NCBI GenBank assembly: GCA_039586365.1
Contig: JBDHKN010000081.1
Coordinates: 1-20,377, forward strand
Length of the DNA stretch: 20,377 nt
Direction of reading: 5' to 3'
Source: Gemmatimonadota bacterium
GTDB taxonomy: Bacteria; Gemmatimonadota; Gemmatimonadetes; Gemmatimonadales; GWC2-71-9
The notes beneath the pieces are model-generated. The model saw only the letters and a program-made list of their open reading frames with translations. It had not been told where the DNA came from and did not search any database. The position numbers and the translations under genes were made by a program. Positions 1-8,827 of the stretch are shown one piece after another; positions within the stretch are counted from its first letter, which is position 1, and each line of letters begins with the position of its first letter.

Positions 1-609
1 CGATGCAAGCCTGACTATGGTGTACGGCATGCGATAGAGTCCAGAACGCCCCTCAGAATACGCGTGCGGGTAGACCACTCCCGCAAACGTCGCATCGAGA
101 AGTGGGTGCACTTCCTGCAGCCGGACGTCCGGACTGTACGGGGAAATGATCCGGGCCATATCCCACTCGGGACCCAGCACAGTGATGCGTCCCAACCAGT
201 AGTCGAATGCGATGAGGGAATCACCGCGAAAGCGATCGACGCCGGTCAGTCGCCGAAACTCGCCAGGACCCTCCCCTTCTCGTCCCGCGGCCTTCACGAA
301 CTCTCCCGAGGGAGAGAAGAATCGGATTTCGCGTGATCCGTAGTCGGCCACCGCTATCGACCCCTCACCCAGCCGGGTTGCATCCTCCACTCGGAAGAAC
401 TCGTGCGGTGGGCCTGTTCCGGAGGTCGCCAGATCAAGCGACGGCAGCGAATCAACCGACCAGCCTTCCGTGCCATTCCACTTCGGTGATGCCGACTCGA
501 TGATCGTGATGCCTGCGCTGTCGCGCTGCGTCACCGCAGAGGGCGGCCGGTCACCGCCGCAGGCGAGGAGCGTAGCGCCGAGCGTTAGCGTGGAGACCAG
601 TCTGAGCAT
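1..609 (-). CDS. Lipoprotein, 6-bladed beta-propeller (NHL/TolB-like) family; partial, runs off the window start
   Basis: Not in the ORF track. Hand translation from ATG at 609 is open to base 1: MLRLVSTLTLGATLLAC (lipobox) GGDRPPSAVTQRDSAGITIIES...IAVADYGSREIRFFSPSGEFVKAAGREGEGPGEFRRLTGVDRFRGDSLIAFD. GREGEGPGEF is the typical blade motif. AAGGA SD-like sequence upstream. Confidence 0.88.
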   Translation of the reverse strand, partial: MLRLVSTLTLGATLLACGGDRPPSAVTQRDSAGITIIESASPKWNGTEGWSVDSLPSLDLATSGTGPPHEFFRVEDATRLGEGSIAVADYGSREIRFFSPSGEFVKAAGREGEGPGEFRRLTGVDRFRGDSLIAFDYWLGRITVLGPEWDMARIISPYSPDVRLQEVHPLLDATFAGVVYPHAYSEGRSGLYRMPYTIVRLAS

Positions 610-758
610 GAGCCAGGTCCTTGGCCGCGTATTCGATCGCCGTAGTATCACTTCGTTGCAGGGCGGCGCGCAGTGAACATACCACCACCGCAAGATCTAC
701 TCGACCTCTAGTCGCTCAGCTCAGGGTGACTTCGTGGTGGGGTTCCCTTCGGTGAGCC

Positions 759-1022
759 TCATTGCCCCGCCAACCAACTCGCGACCATGGCCTCGCATAC
801 ATCCCGGTCAACGGCGGTCGGTTCAATCTCGGGCTCGAGCAACCTCCTCAGCGTCGGTAGCAGCACGCGAACAAGATCCGCTCGCGCCGTGTCTTTGTGA
901 TAGCCCCAATAGTGCGCGACCAACTGCACCACACGGTCGATGGCCTCCACATCGGGGCTCTCGAGGAACTCATCCGGCAGCCGCCGCGCCATCTCCCGAT
1001 CGCGCTCGGTGACTGTAGCCAT
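759..1022 (-). CDS. Small hypothetical protein (87 aa, predicted helical)
   Basis: ATG at 1022-1020 directly follows the response-regulator TGA at 1025-1023; amphipathic, protein-like composition. Confidence 0.6.
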   Translation of the reverse strand: MATVTERDREMARRLPDEFLESPDVEAIDRVVQLVAHYWGYHKDTARADLVRVLLPTLRRLLEPEIEPTAVDRDVCEAMVASWLAGQ

Positions 1023-1415
1023 TCAGAGCCCGGCTGCTCCAGCGCGTCCACCGTCACCCTCACCCCACAACACCGCTTCGAACACCGCTTTTGCCTCATC
1101 GACGGTGAACGGCTTTTTGAGGGAGGGAATGATGCCGAACTCCCGCGCAGGAAGATCGATCACGTCATCATAGCCAGACATGACAATTATCCTCACACCG
1201 GGATGATCCTGCAGCAACCGCCGCATCAGCGTTATCCCGTCGACAGTGGGCATTACGATGTCAACGAACGCGACGTCGACTCGGACATCGTTCATGGCCG
1301 CCAGCGCCTCGAGCCCATCGCCGGCCTCCACCACGTCGTGGCCCTCCAACGTCAAGAATCGTTTCAGATTCCGGCGGATAGCAGCTTCGTCGTCAACGAT
1401 TAGTATCTTGCTCAT
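1023..1415 (-). CDS. Single-domain response regulator (CheY-like receiver)
   Basis: MSKILIVDDE acidic pocket, phosphoacceptor Asp in AFVDIVMP, MSG switch residue, KPF motif; no output domain. GGAG upstream favours ATG 1415 over GTG 1430. Confidence 0.93.
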   Translation of the reverse strand: MSKILIVDDEAAIRRNLKRFLTLEGHDVVEAGDGLEALAAMNDVRVDVAFVDIVMPTVDGITLMRRLLQDHPGVRIIVMSGYDDVIDLPAREFGIIPSLKKPFTVDEAKAVFEAVLWGEGDGGRAGAAGL

Positions 1416-1545
1416 GTTTGACTGCTCCACACCTCTGCGTCTGTCGCCGGCGCGCCCCGCCCATCTACCGTGTTCCCGAACCGTCTGGGCAATGCCTGCG
1501 CTCGGCGGGCTGCCTCGAAGCTATACGGAATCAGACGCTGCGGTA

Positions 1546-1582
1546 GGTCGGTTTTGCGACATTGACTGTCGTTTTTGGGACA
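1546..1582. promoter_or_regulatory. Pair of imperfect palindromic activator-like sites, (T/G)GT-N10-ACA, 21 bp apart
   Basis: GGTCGGTTTTGCGACA (1546-1561) and TGTCGTTTTTGGGACA (1567-1582), about 130-170 bp upstream of the response regulator start. Confidence 0.55.
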
Positions 1583-1679
1583 TTTGACGCCGTTCGGTCA
1601 GGTGCACCCTTATTCTCGGACCATTCAAACCAAGACTGTTGGTGTTTTCTGGCTCTCTGACTGGGGAAAGCCGCTGTCG

Positions 1680-1778
1680 GGACTTGATCACCTCGTAGAG
1701 CTGCACGTGCTCCACATCCAGTTCATACCGCCATCCTCACAGCACGAAGTCACGCCCGACCTGATAGATCCGGAGCCC
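1680..1778 (-). pseudogene. Relic C-terminal fragment of a beta-propeller lipoprotein
   Basis: Minus frame reads GLRIYQVGRDFVL*GWRYELDVEHVQLYEVIKS with in-frame TGA at 1739-1737. Resembles from memory the C-terminus of the same propeller family as the gene at 1-609. Confidence 0.6.
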
Positions 1779-1873
1779 GCTGTCCACGGTTGCCGAGTCT
1801 TTTAGAAATGGGTCAGAAGGTGCGCAGTACCTGTCCCATCACAGAGCCATCGTGGGGAGTCTGCGTCCTTGCC

Positions 1874-2695
1874 TCATCTGGTCCAAACAACCACGACGCC
1901 ACAGGGAGAATCGATAGTCTTGAACCGCTCGGGCGTCGTCGCCGGGCCGTTGTACACCTCCACCCCGGCTACCTCGTCCGGGTTCAGGTACAGGTCCGGC
2001 GACTCCTCACTTCTCACTAGCACTCCATCCAGGAAGACGAGCGGTGCACAGGTCCCCCTCAACCCGGCACCGCGCATCAGCTGGATGATGTTGCCGCGCC
2101 CAAAACCGCCTGGCACCACATACACACCGGGCACGCGACGCAGGATGTCGGTGAACAACCGGGGGTGGTAGCTCTCAATTTCATCACGGGTCACGAAGTG
2201 ACCGAAGCCCTCGAGTTGCCGGAGATGGAAACCCCGCAGCTTGCCCCGGGGAATTGCGTCCGCCTCGACCGCAATCTCCGGGAGCAACATGGCTACTGGC
2301 TCAGCTGAGAGTAGTAGCGTCACCTCAATCCGTGTCGAATCGCTCGGGAGTGTGAATTCGGGAGTTGTCGCCGGTGTCAGCCCCACGCGTATCACCCGGA
2401 ACGAGTAGCTACCCGGCGGAGACTGTAAGGTAAAGAAACCGTCCGACGTCGTGACTGCACTGGCGACCCGACTACCTGCCGCATTCAGCAGAACGACCTC
2501 GGCACCGGCGATCGCTTCAGATGTTGCCTCGCGCAACACCACACCGCGGATATTCTGACCCTGCGCTTGTACCGCTGCGGCACTGACCATGAACGCAAGC
2601 AGCACGCAATACCTACAGCAGTAGCTGCAAGCAACGATCCCGCGTGTGCTACCTGTCCGGGACACCAACTGAGCGAAGGGCCGGGATCGCGTCAC
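1874..2695 (-). CDS. Secreted carboxypeptidase-regulatory-like (Cna-B) domain + TonB-dependent receptor plug domain protein, no beta-barrel
   Basis: Signal ending AVQA-Q; IRGVV..IAGAEVVL..TTSDGFFTL..GSYSFRVIRVG (Cna-B); LPEIAVEA; DILRRVPGVYV, PLVFLDGV, PDEVAGVEVYNGP, CGVVVVWTR-stop (plug). GTG start overlaps the S41 stop; the true start may be further downstream. Confidence 0.85.
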   Translation of the reverse strand: MTRSRPFAQLVSRTGSTRGIVACSYCCRYCVLLAFMVSAAAVQAQGQNIRGVVLREATSEAIAGAEVVLLNAAGSRVASAVTTSDGFFTLQSPPGSYSFRVIRVGLTPATTPEFTLPSDSTRIEVTLLLSAEPVAMLLPEIAVEADAIPRGKLRGFHLRQLEGFGHFVTRDEIESYHPRLFTDILRRVPGVYVVPGGFGRGNIIQLMRGAGLRGTCAPLVFLDGVLVRSEESPDLYLNPDEVAGVEVYNGPATTPERFKTIDSPCGVVVVWTR

Positions 2696-4041
2696 TCTCG
2701 CCGCGCCTCACTCTGGCTGAACACGTTGGCGGCCCTCGCCGCATCCCAGTCCAGACCCAACGACTGGAGGGCTCTAGCCATGACCGGGTCGACCCCTCGC
2801 TCCAATTCGTCTCTGGTAATCAGCACGTATTCGTCCGGCGTGACCCCAGTTCCCTCTATGCGAACTCCGCCAGTGGTTCGGTATTCCCCGACCGACACCG
2901 ACACGCCGAAGTCCCAGCTGCCCCTGCCGCGTACCCGATGCCAGCGGACCTTGCTCACCATTCCGGCGCCGGCCGTTCGATCGCCGAAGACCGTGCCCCT
3001 CGACTCTTGCTGCACCACACCGGCGAGCATCTCGGCGGTGGAGCCGGTTGCGCTGCTGACCAGCAACACCAGCTCACCGCGGAAGGCACGACCTCGCCCT
3101 GGTTCCGCCAGCAGCGTGCGCTGGCCGTCCCGCTCGAGCAGGAGCCCAACTGCCACCTCCTCAGGGAAGAGAGAACCGACGAAATACTGCAGCTGCGCAA
3201 CCACTCCTCCGTAGTTCTCCCGCAGGTCGATCACTAGCGCTCTCTGATGGGCCACTCGCTCAAAGATCTCTGCTACGCGACCTCGGTCCGCAGGGTCAAA
3301 CACGTCGAACCGCCACACGGACACGCCGGCAGGAAGCTCGGCATAGTCCCACACTCGCTCGGACTCGAAGAACCGCGGCAAGAACCACTCGTCCTCCCCT
3401 CGAGTCCTGAGTACAACCGGCGGGCGCTCCACAACGTGAGGCGAGATCGGCAGCTCTCCGACCTGCCCACTCGGCCTGCCCACGACGACCGTGAGCCAAT
3501 CACGCGGGTTTACCACCGTATGCCGATACCACGTCCGGTCAAACGAAGCCCGCTGCAACACGTCCTCGCCCAGCGCGATCATCCAGTCGCCCACCCGCAG
3601 GCCCACCTGCTCTGCCTGACTTCCGGCAGACACCGCCGTCACCAGCGCCGTGTCACCTACGAATCGCACCTCAAACCCGTAGTCGAGATGCCTCGCCCAC
3701 GTCGGAGGGATGACGAACGTATGGGAGTCATCGAGCCGTCCCAACAGCTTGTCTACGATCTCGAAGGCGACGCTCATCCCTGGGGCACGATCCATCTCGT
3801 CCGCGGCGTCTCGGGATAGCGCTGTCCAGTCCAGGCCGTTGAGGTTGGGATCGACGTAAAGATCCTGCAAGTCACGGTGGACGTCACGCAGCACAGCCTG
3901 CGTGGTTTGCGGTGACAACGTGGATCTCTGGGCCAGCGATGGCGTTGGTGAAGCCAGCGCTGCAACAACGCTGACTGCCGCCATGGCCCAGAGCGCATGA
4001 CGGCACCTCGCCAACACGGCGCGTATGTAGTGGCGTACCAA
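2692..4041 (-). CDS. S41 family peptidase with PDZ domain (tail-specific protease-like), secreted
   Basis: Signal ending SLA-Q; LDDSHT; PDZ (VTAVSAGSQAEQVGLRVGD); LVIDLRENYGG; catalytic-Ser region TGSTAEM; GDRTAG; IEGTGVTPD. Start is TTG 4041 or ATG 3984. Confidence 0.92.
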   Translation of the reverse strand: MVRHYIRAVLARCRHALWAMAAVSVVAALASPTPSLAQRSTLSPQTTQAVLRDVHRDLQDLYVDPNLNGLDWTALSRDAADEMDRAPGMSVAFEIVDKLLGRLDDSHTFVIPPTWARHLDYGFEVRFVGDTALVTAVSAGSQAEQVGLRVGDWMIALGEDVLQRASFDRTWYRHTVVNPRDWLTVVVGRPSGQVGELPISPHVVERPPVVLRTRGEDEWFLPRFFESERVWDYAELPAGVSVWRFDVFDPADRGRVAEIFERVAHQRALVIDLRENYGGVVAQLQYFVGSLFPEEVAVGLLLERDGQRTLLAEPGRGRAFRGELVLLVSSATGSTAEMLAGVVQQESRGTVFGDRTAGAGMVSKVRWHRVRGRGSWDFGVSVSVGEYRTTGGVRIEGTGVTPDEYVLITRDELERGVDPVMARALQSLGLDWDAARAANVFSQSEARRE

Positions 4042-4072
4042 ATGCAGGACCTGTGTAAGAGACAGCAGCTTT

Positions 4073-4525
4073 CTAATGTACAGACACCACGTGCCTGCGC
4101 CGCAACTTCGACTGTTGCAGCGTCACACCCGCAACGCGGCACTCCGGGGGACAGTCCGGTCCATTGGGTCGGACTACTCCATACTCCGGTTGGAATGTCT
4201 GAGTCACCGCAAAGCTATCCCATGCCACCTCTATGGTGACTTCAGGAACCACGAGACCGAAGAACCACACCAAGCCGTTCCATTCCTCATCGCGACAATC
4301 ACCCCACTCCTGCGGGCACTGAATGACGGAGTCCGGTCGTTCCGGTACCTTGGCCGTAACGGTAAAGGTGTCCGGCATGGCTCCCTCGAGGTGTACGTTG
4401 AGACTGCTCTCACAGCCGACCAACGTACATACGTGCTCGAAGTCGCATCCGAATGCTACAGCACCCGCTAGCAACGCGAGTGTGACACGGCAGCCGACGA
4501 TGCCGTGCTGCTCAGGTAGGCTCAT
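4073..4525 (-). CDS. Cys-rich hypothetical lipoprotein
   Basis: Lipobox VAFGC, then CTLVGC, C-x6-C and PNGPDCPPEC; beta-strand-rich; 21 bp from the serpin stop. Confidence 0.75.
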   Translation of the reverse strand: MSLPEQHGIVGCRVTLALLAGAVAFGCDFEHVCTLVGCESSLNVHLEGAMPDTFTVTAKVPERPDSVIQCPQEWGDCRDEEWNGLVWFFGLVVPEVTIEVAWDSFAVTQTFQPEYGVVRPNGPDCPPECRVAGVTLQQSKLRRRHVVSVH

Positions 4526-4546
4526 CAATCTCACCGCTGTGCTCCC

Positions 4547-5800
4547 TCACCCCGCCGTTGGATCCATCAGCTTCCCCATGAACAGGATCGTGCCCGAGAA
4601 CTTCTCGCGGATCACGAAAACGAAGGGACGGTCGATGATCAGAGATGGAGGGCCCGCTGATATTGTCATGGCAACCGCTGTAACCGCAGCCGCTTCAGTG
4701 CCTTCTTCGTTCACATCAACAAAAGTCTTGTGCAGCACCCAATCGATCCAAATGCCACCGGGAGCATACATGCGGGCAAAATCTGCCTCGCCTGGCGCGA
4801 ACGCGACTGTCATACCAAGTCCCTTCAGCACATCGTTCAACTTGAGCTCGTACTCCAGCTTGAACTTGGGCAGAGATACCACCAAGCCCGTGGAGTCAAG
4901 GTCCGCTATCCAGGAATCCCACTGCTCCTGAGTCAGCCCACCGAGCAGCGCATCGACGCCCTGTGGCGAATCCGGCACCGCGATCGTCATGCTGAACGCC
5001 TGCCCGCCGTACGGCAGGTCCACGATCGTGACACCCTCGCCGCGGGAGAGCCACACGCTGACCGGCTCCTTATGCCACATCATGTCAGCCGTCGTCTGCG
5101 ATCCGTCCTCGAGCCTGAAAGGGCCATCCTCGGTGAGACTCTTGTCAAACTGACTCGCCCAGTCGGCCTTGAAGTAGATCGCGTTGATCAGGAGCATGAT
5201 CAGATCACTGAGCGGCCCGTCCTCAACAATCTTGTCGATCTTCCCCTTCGTGTTGTCAGCCACCCATTGGTTCACCTGCTTACCGGCTGCGGGACCGTCG
5301 AAGTCGAGCCCCACCACTTCGGCGTCGAAGAACTCCCGGTTGATATCCAGGAACGCCTGCTCGAAGGCGAACTCCGGCCGGTACCAGATCGAGTTGGCGA
5401 TCATGAATTCAACCCGGGAATCGAGGTCTGTCAGCAGATCGATCAGGTCGCGGTACGATTGGTTCACCTCCTCCAGCGTCATACCCTGCAGTTCCAGGGT
5501 CTGCTGCATGGCTTCCTGAGTGGTGCCAGCTGCACCGTTGTAGGTCATCCCCAGGGCCATGCCCACGGAGAGCGGTGAGATGAAGATGTTCTTGTCGCCC
5601 TCTTGTGCGTTGATCGCACGGAACAGCTTGAAGGCAAACTTGTTGTCGGCCTCGATCAGCTTTCCTTCGGCAATGCTCAACTCGCGGGGGAGGCTGGTGA
5701 TTTGGACATTTTCATCCGGTGCGGATAGTCCATCGCAGCTCGCAATCAGGATGGCTACGGCAAAGGGAGGGAGCAAACGAAGCAGTCGCTGCATGACCAT
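4547..5800 (-). CDS. Lipoprotein serpin (MEROPS I4), inhibitory-type hinge
   Basis: Lipobox LIASC; NIFISPLS, ANSIW, LINAIYFKADW, LPKFKLE, hinge VNEEGTEAAAVT, DRPFVFVIRE..ILFMG; AGGAG directly upstream. Confidence 0.97.
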   Translation of the reverse strand: MVMQRLLRLLPPFAVAILIASCDGLSAPDENVQITSLPRELSIAEGKLIEADNKFAFKLFRAINAQEGDKNIFISPLSVGMALGMTYNGAAGTTQEAMQQTLELQGMTLEEVNQSYRDLIDLLTDLDSRVEFMIANSIWYRPEFAFEQAFLDINREFFDAEVVGLDFDGPAAGKQVNQWVADNTKGKIDKIVEDGPLSDLIMLLINAIYFKADWASQFDKSLTEDGPFRLEDGSQTTADMMWHKEPVSVWLSRGEGVTIVDLPYGGQAFSMTIAVPDSPQGVDALLGGLTQEQWDSWIADLDSTGLVVSLPKFKLEYELKLNDVLKGLGMTVAFAPGEADFARMYAPGGIWIDWVLHKTFVDVNEEGTEAAAVTAVAMTISAGPPSLIIDRPFVFVIREKFSGTILFMGKLMDPTAG

Positions 5801-5994
5801 CTCCTGGTCTTGTTCACTGCATATACCCTGTGCGCCGACTTTGGGTCACACCGAGGCGTGAAGGAGCACCTTCCAGACGCACACGGGTGCCCGCGACCAC
5901 AGTCGATGGTGGAAGATCTGGTGTGTGAGCAGACAGGCCGGCATCTTATCCAGCGAGTCCGTTGCAGCACATCACCCGATGGCCATACTCTCAG

Positions 5995-6441
5995 ATGAAT
6001 GATCGCAGCTGGATCCAGCGGAACTTCGCTCAGGTACCAGCAAATCGTTACCTGGGCTTCCGGCTGATCTCTCACTCGGCACAGGAAGCCGTGGTCGAGA
6101 TGGAGGTTAGCCCTGACCAGGTCCAAGAGACCGGTGTCGTGCACGGTGGACTGCTTGGCGGGCTGGCGGACACCGCCGCAGTATATGTGTTGTACCCGCA
6201 CTTGGCTGCCGATCAGAGTATGGCAAGCATAGAGTTCAAGCTGAACTTCCTGCGACCTGCCACGGTTGATCGAGGTTCGTTGACCGCCCACGCGACACTG
6301 TTGCGCCGCGGCCGCAAGGTCGGAGTGTGCGACGTAGAATTGACCCAAGCTGACGTGGTTGTCGCGAAGGGACTCTTCACCTACCTGTTCATGGACAAGA
6401 CTGAGTGGCCCGAGGAAGTCGGCGAGACGTCGGGCCGGTGA
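5995..6441 (+). CDS. PaaI family hot-dog thioesterase
   Basis: QETGVVHGGLLGGLADTAA, SIEFKLNFLRPA, RRGRKVGVCDVE motifs. Confidence 0.93.
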   Translation: MNDRSWIQRNFAQVPANRYLGFRLISHSAQEAVVEMEVSPDQVQETGVVHGGLLGGLADTAAVYVLYPHLAADQSMASIEFKLNFLRPATVDRGSLTAHATLLRRGRKVGVCDVELTQADVVVAKGLFTYLFMDKTEWPEEVGETSGR

Positions 6442-6501
6442 AGCTGGCGAGCGCGGTGCGTTAAGGAGACTACGAATGGATCTCCACAGGAGTACGACAG
6501 A

Positions 6502-7155
6502 ATGATGCGGACGCTCACGCGCGGCATCGCAGTGCTCACCATTGCAGAGGCGGGTCTGCTGCTCCTCCTTGGTGTGGCTCCGCTGTTGCTGCTTGATGCA
6601 GGAGACTCACCTGTCGCCTGGGTACGCGACAGCGCTTGGCCGGTTCTCAGTGTGCTGGCGTTCGCCTTCACCGGAGTAGTGCCGTTCATCCTGCTTGGTC
6701 TCTACACCTGCGAGATTGAGGAAATGGGCGCGCTCGGATTGACTGGTCTGGTGATTGCGCTGATTGGCCTGCTTCCTTACATCGGCTTCCAGTTTGACAT
6801 GGCCTTTGTCTGGCCCGTGTTGGTTGCTACCACCCCTGAGCTGGTGGACTTCGCTGGCCCCATGTTTCGCGATCCCCGCTTCGCATTGGTGCATTTCTGG
6901 ATGGGCCCGGTGTACAGCATCGGTGTCCTGGTGTTCGGAATAGCGATGATCAGGGCGCGCGTATTTCCTCGGGCGGCGAGCGTGTTGCTTACCGTCGGGA
7001 TGATCCTGGTGATGGGGATTCTGTTTCCGCCCTTTGTGCTTCGAACCATGGGTGCAGTGCTGAGTGCGCCAGCCTTGGGTTGGATGGGTCTGGTGCTGTG
7101 GAGCAAGGCAAGCGAGAGATCCCCGGCCGCCGCATCGGCCAGGTTGCTCGGCTAG
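6502..7155 (+). CDS. Integral membrane hypothetical protein (about 6 TM helices)
   Basis: Multiple long hydrophobic segments; AGGAG SD upstream; GIAMIRARVFPRAA loop. Confidence 0.82.
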   Translation: MMRTLTRGIAVLTIAEAGLLLLLGVAPLLLLDAGDSPVAWVRDSAWPVLSVLAFAFTGVVPFILLGLYTCEIEEMGALGLTGLVIALIGLLPYIGFQFDMAFVWPVLVATTPELVDFAGPMFRDPRFALVHFWMGPVYSIGVLVFGIAMIRARVFPRAASVLLTVGMILVMGILFPPFVLRTMGAVLSAPALGWMGLVLWSKASERSPAAASARLLG

Positions 7156-7365
7156 CCCGCGCGATCTCCACGGTGAACGTCGTACTATGACTCTAGATCG
7201 GATTCCCTTGTTTGATGCTCTGGAACCCGCTCGGCAGCAGCGTGTGATGCTGGTAAGGCCGCGCGTCGCGGGTTCTTCCTCATCCTTCAAGTACCGTTGG
7301 ACATTCGAGGAGGTGAGGCCGTGAGCGTGACAGGGTTTAGCCACGCCAGCTTTGGGTCCGAGTAG

Positions 7366-8148
7366 ATGACTGTGCAAGACGTCTATGGCCCGATTGCCCC
7401 ACTATATGACACATATGTCCGCGCGGACTTCGACCTTGACTTCTTCCGCGAATGCGTACGGCGCCGAGCCGGCCCGGTGCTGGAACTCATGGCGGGAACA
7501 GGCCGCGTGTCACGGGCCATCTTCGAGTGCAACCGACGTCTCACCTGTGTCGACATTTCGCGCGAGATGCTGCGTGCACTGAGTGGGAGGTTTGCGGGCG
7601 CCCTACCGGGGCCTCGCGTCGTGTGCGCCGATGTTCGGTCGCTACCGCTCGAGAGCTGCTACGAGCTTGCGTTCATACCATTCAACTCGTTTTCCGAACT
7701 GACCGCAGTAGAGGATCAACACCAGGCTCTGGCAGAACTCAACCGTGTCCTCATGGCAGATGGACAACTGATCTGCACATTGCACAATCCGGAGGTGCGG
7801 ATTCGGTCACTCGACGGGCGGGAGCGACTGTTGGGACGTTATGCCCTCGAGGGCGAAAGAGAACTAGAGATTCGGGTGACCGGGGTGCTCACCGGTGCGA
7901 CGGGTATGGCGCAATCTCGGCAGGTATTCCGAGTTTACGATCGGAGCGGTGAATTGGTGACTGAGCAGTTGCAGGTGGTGCATTTCGCACTTATCACACA
8001 GGAATCCTTTGCAGACCTCGCCCGCTGCAACGGATTTGATGTTGTGCAGCTAGCTGGGGACTATGATGGGTCGAGTTATGATCACCGCACCAGCCCCTAC
8101 ATGATATGGACAATGAAGAAGCTCGGCGCGAGGTCTCTTTCGCCATGA
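7366..8148 (+). CDS. Class I SAM-dependent methyltransferase
   Basis: Motif I VLELMAGTGRV, CVDISREML, VCADVR, FIPFNSF, C-terminal GDYDGSSY. Confidence 0.93.
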   Translation: MTVQDVYGPIAPLYDTYVRADFDLDFFRECVRRRAGPVLELMAGTGRVSRAIFECNRRLTCVDISREMLRALSGRFAGALPGPRVVCADVRSLPLESCYELAFIPFNSFSELTAVEDQHQALAELNRVLMADGQLICTLHNPEVRIRSLDGRERLLGRYALEGERELEIRVTGVLTGATGMAQSRQVFRVYDRSGELVTEQLQVVHFALITQESFADLARCNGFDVVQLAGDYDGSSYDHRTSPYMIWTMKKLGARSLSP

Positions 8149-8177
8149 ACTAGGCAATCCCATATGGTGTTGATACC

Positions 8178-8780
8178 ATGAACAGGCTCACTCTCTTGGT
8201 TCTTTCGTTCGCTGCATGCGCCCAAGCCTCGGGTGCGCCACCACTGCCCGCCTGTGCCCAGGATCCCGCTGGCATCTACGCAGCCCTGCTTGCCCAGACC
8301 CCGCGGTTGCTGCAAACGCCGGCCGGCGACTCGGCACGCCAGATCGTGGTCGTCAAGACCACAGGCTATCGCGAATCGATGGCTGAATACTTCGCCCCGC
8401 AATGGGCAGACACGCTGATTTCGCTGCTGGGGATCGACAGCACGACGGCGGAGGACTTCGTCCGTAGCAACCAGAACGAAGATCTGTTTCCGCACCCGAT
8501 TCCCGGAATGCAGCATGTGGTCCTGGCAGATCTCGCGGAAGTCAGCTCGTTGTTTGAAGGTGTTGGCCCGGCCGGCTGGGAGAGATTCTACGCTCGGTTT
8601 CCGAACTCACAGGGATATCTGATTGTGACGCAGGTCGGCATCAGCGCGGACGGTACGGAGGCCTTGGTGTTCTACGGCGATCTCAAGGGTCCTCGCTACG
8701 GAATGGGTGAGTTCGTGGTCCTGCGATGCAATGGCAAGGAATGGCTTGTCTCGCTCAGGCAGACCACATGGATGTCATAG
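8178..8780 (+). CDS. Hypothetical lipoprotein
   Basis: MNRLTLLVLSFAAC lipobox; GWERFYARFPNSQGY..VGISADGTEALV..W C-terminal pattern. Confidence 0.8.
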   Translation: MNRLTLLVLSFAACAQASGAPPLPACAQDPAGIYAALLAQTPRLLQTPAGDSARQIVVVKTTGYRESMAEYFAPQWADTLISLLGIDSTTAEDFVRSNQNEDLFPHPIPGMQHVVLADLAEVSSLFEGVGPAGWERFYARFPNSQGYLIVTQVGISADGTEALVFYGDLKGPRYGMGEFVVLRCNGKEWLVSLRQTTWMS

Positions 8781-8827
8781 GGCACGGTGAAGTGCCGCAT
8801 CACGCGACTCATGAGAGAGCGTAGCCT

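Noticed and set aside
1737..1739. In-frame TGA as selenocysteine or readthrough
   Set aside because: No intact upstream gene body, the position appears to correspond to Gly rather than Cys, and no clear SECIS; a GGA-to-TGA nonsense change is simpler.
2567..5578. Long plus-strand ORFs opposite the S41 and serpin genes, and similar shadows elsewhere
   Set aside because: Antisense shadows expected in GC-rich coding DNA; no motifs.
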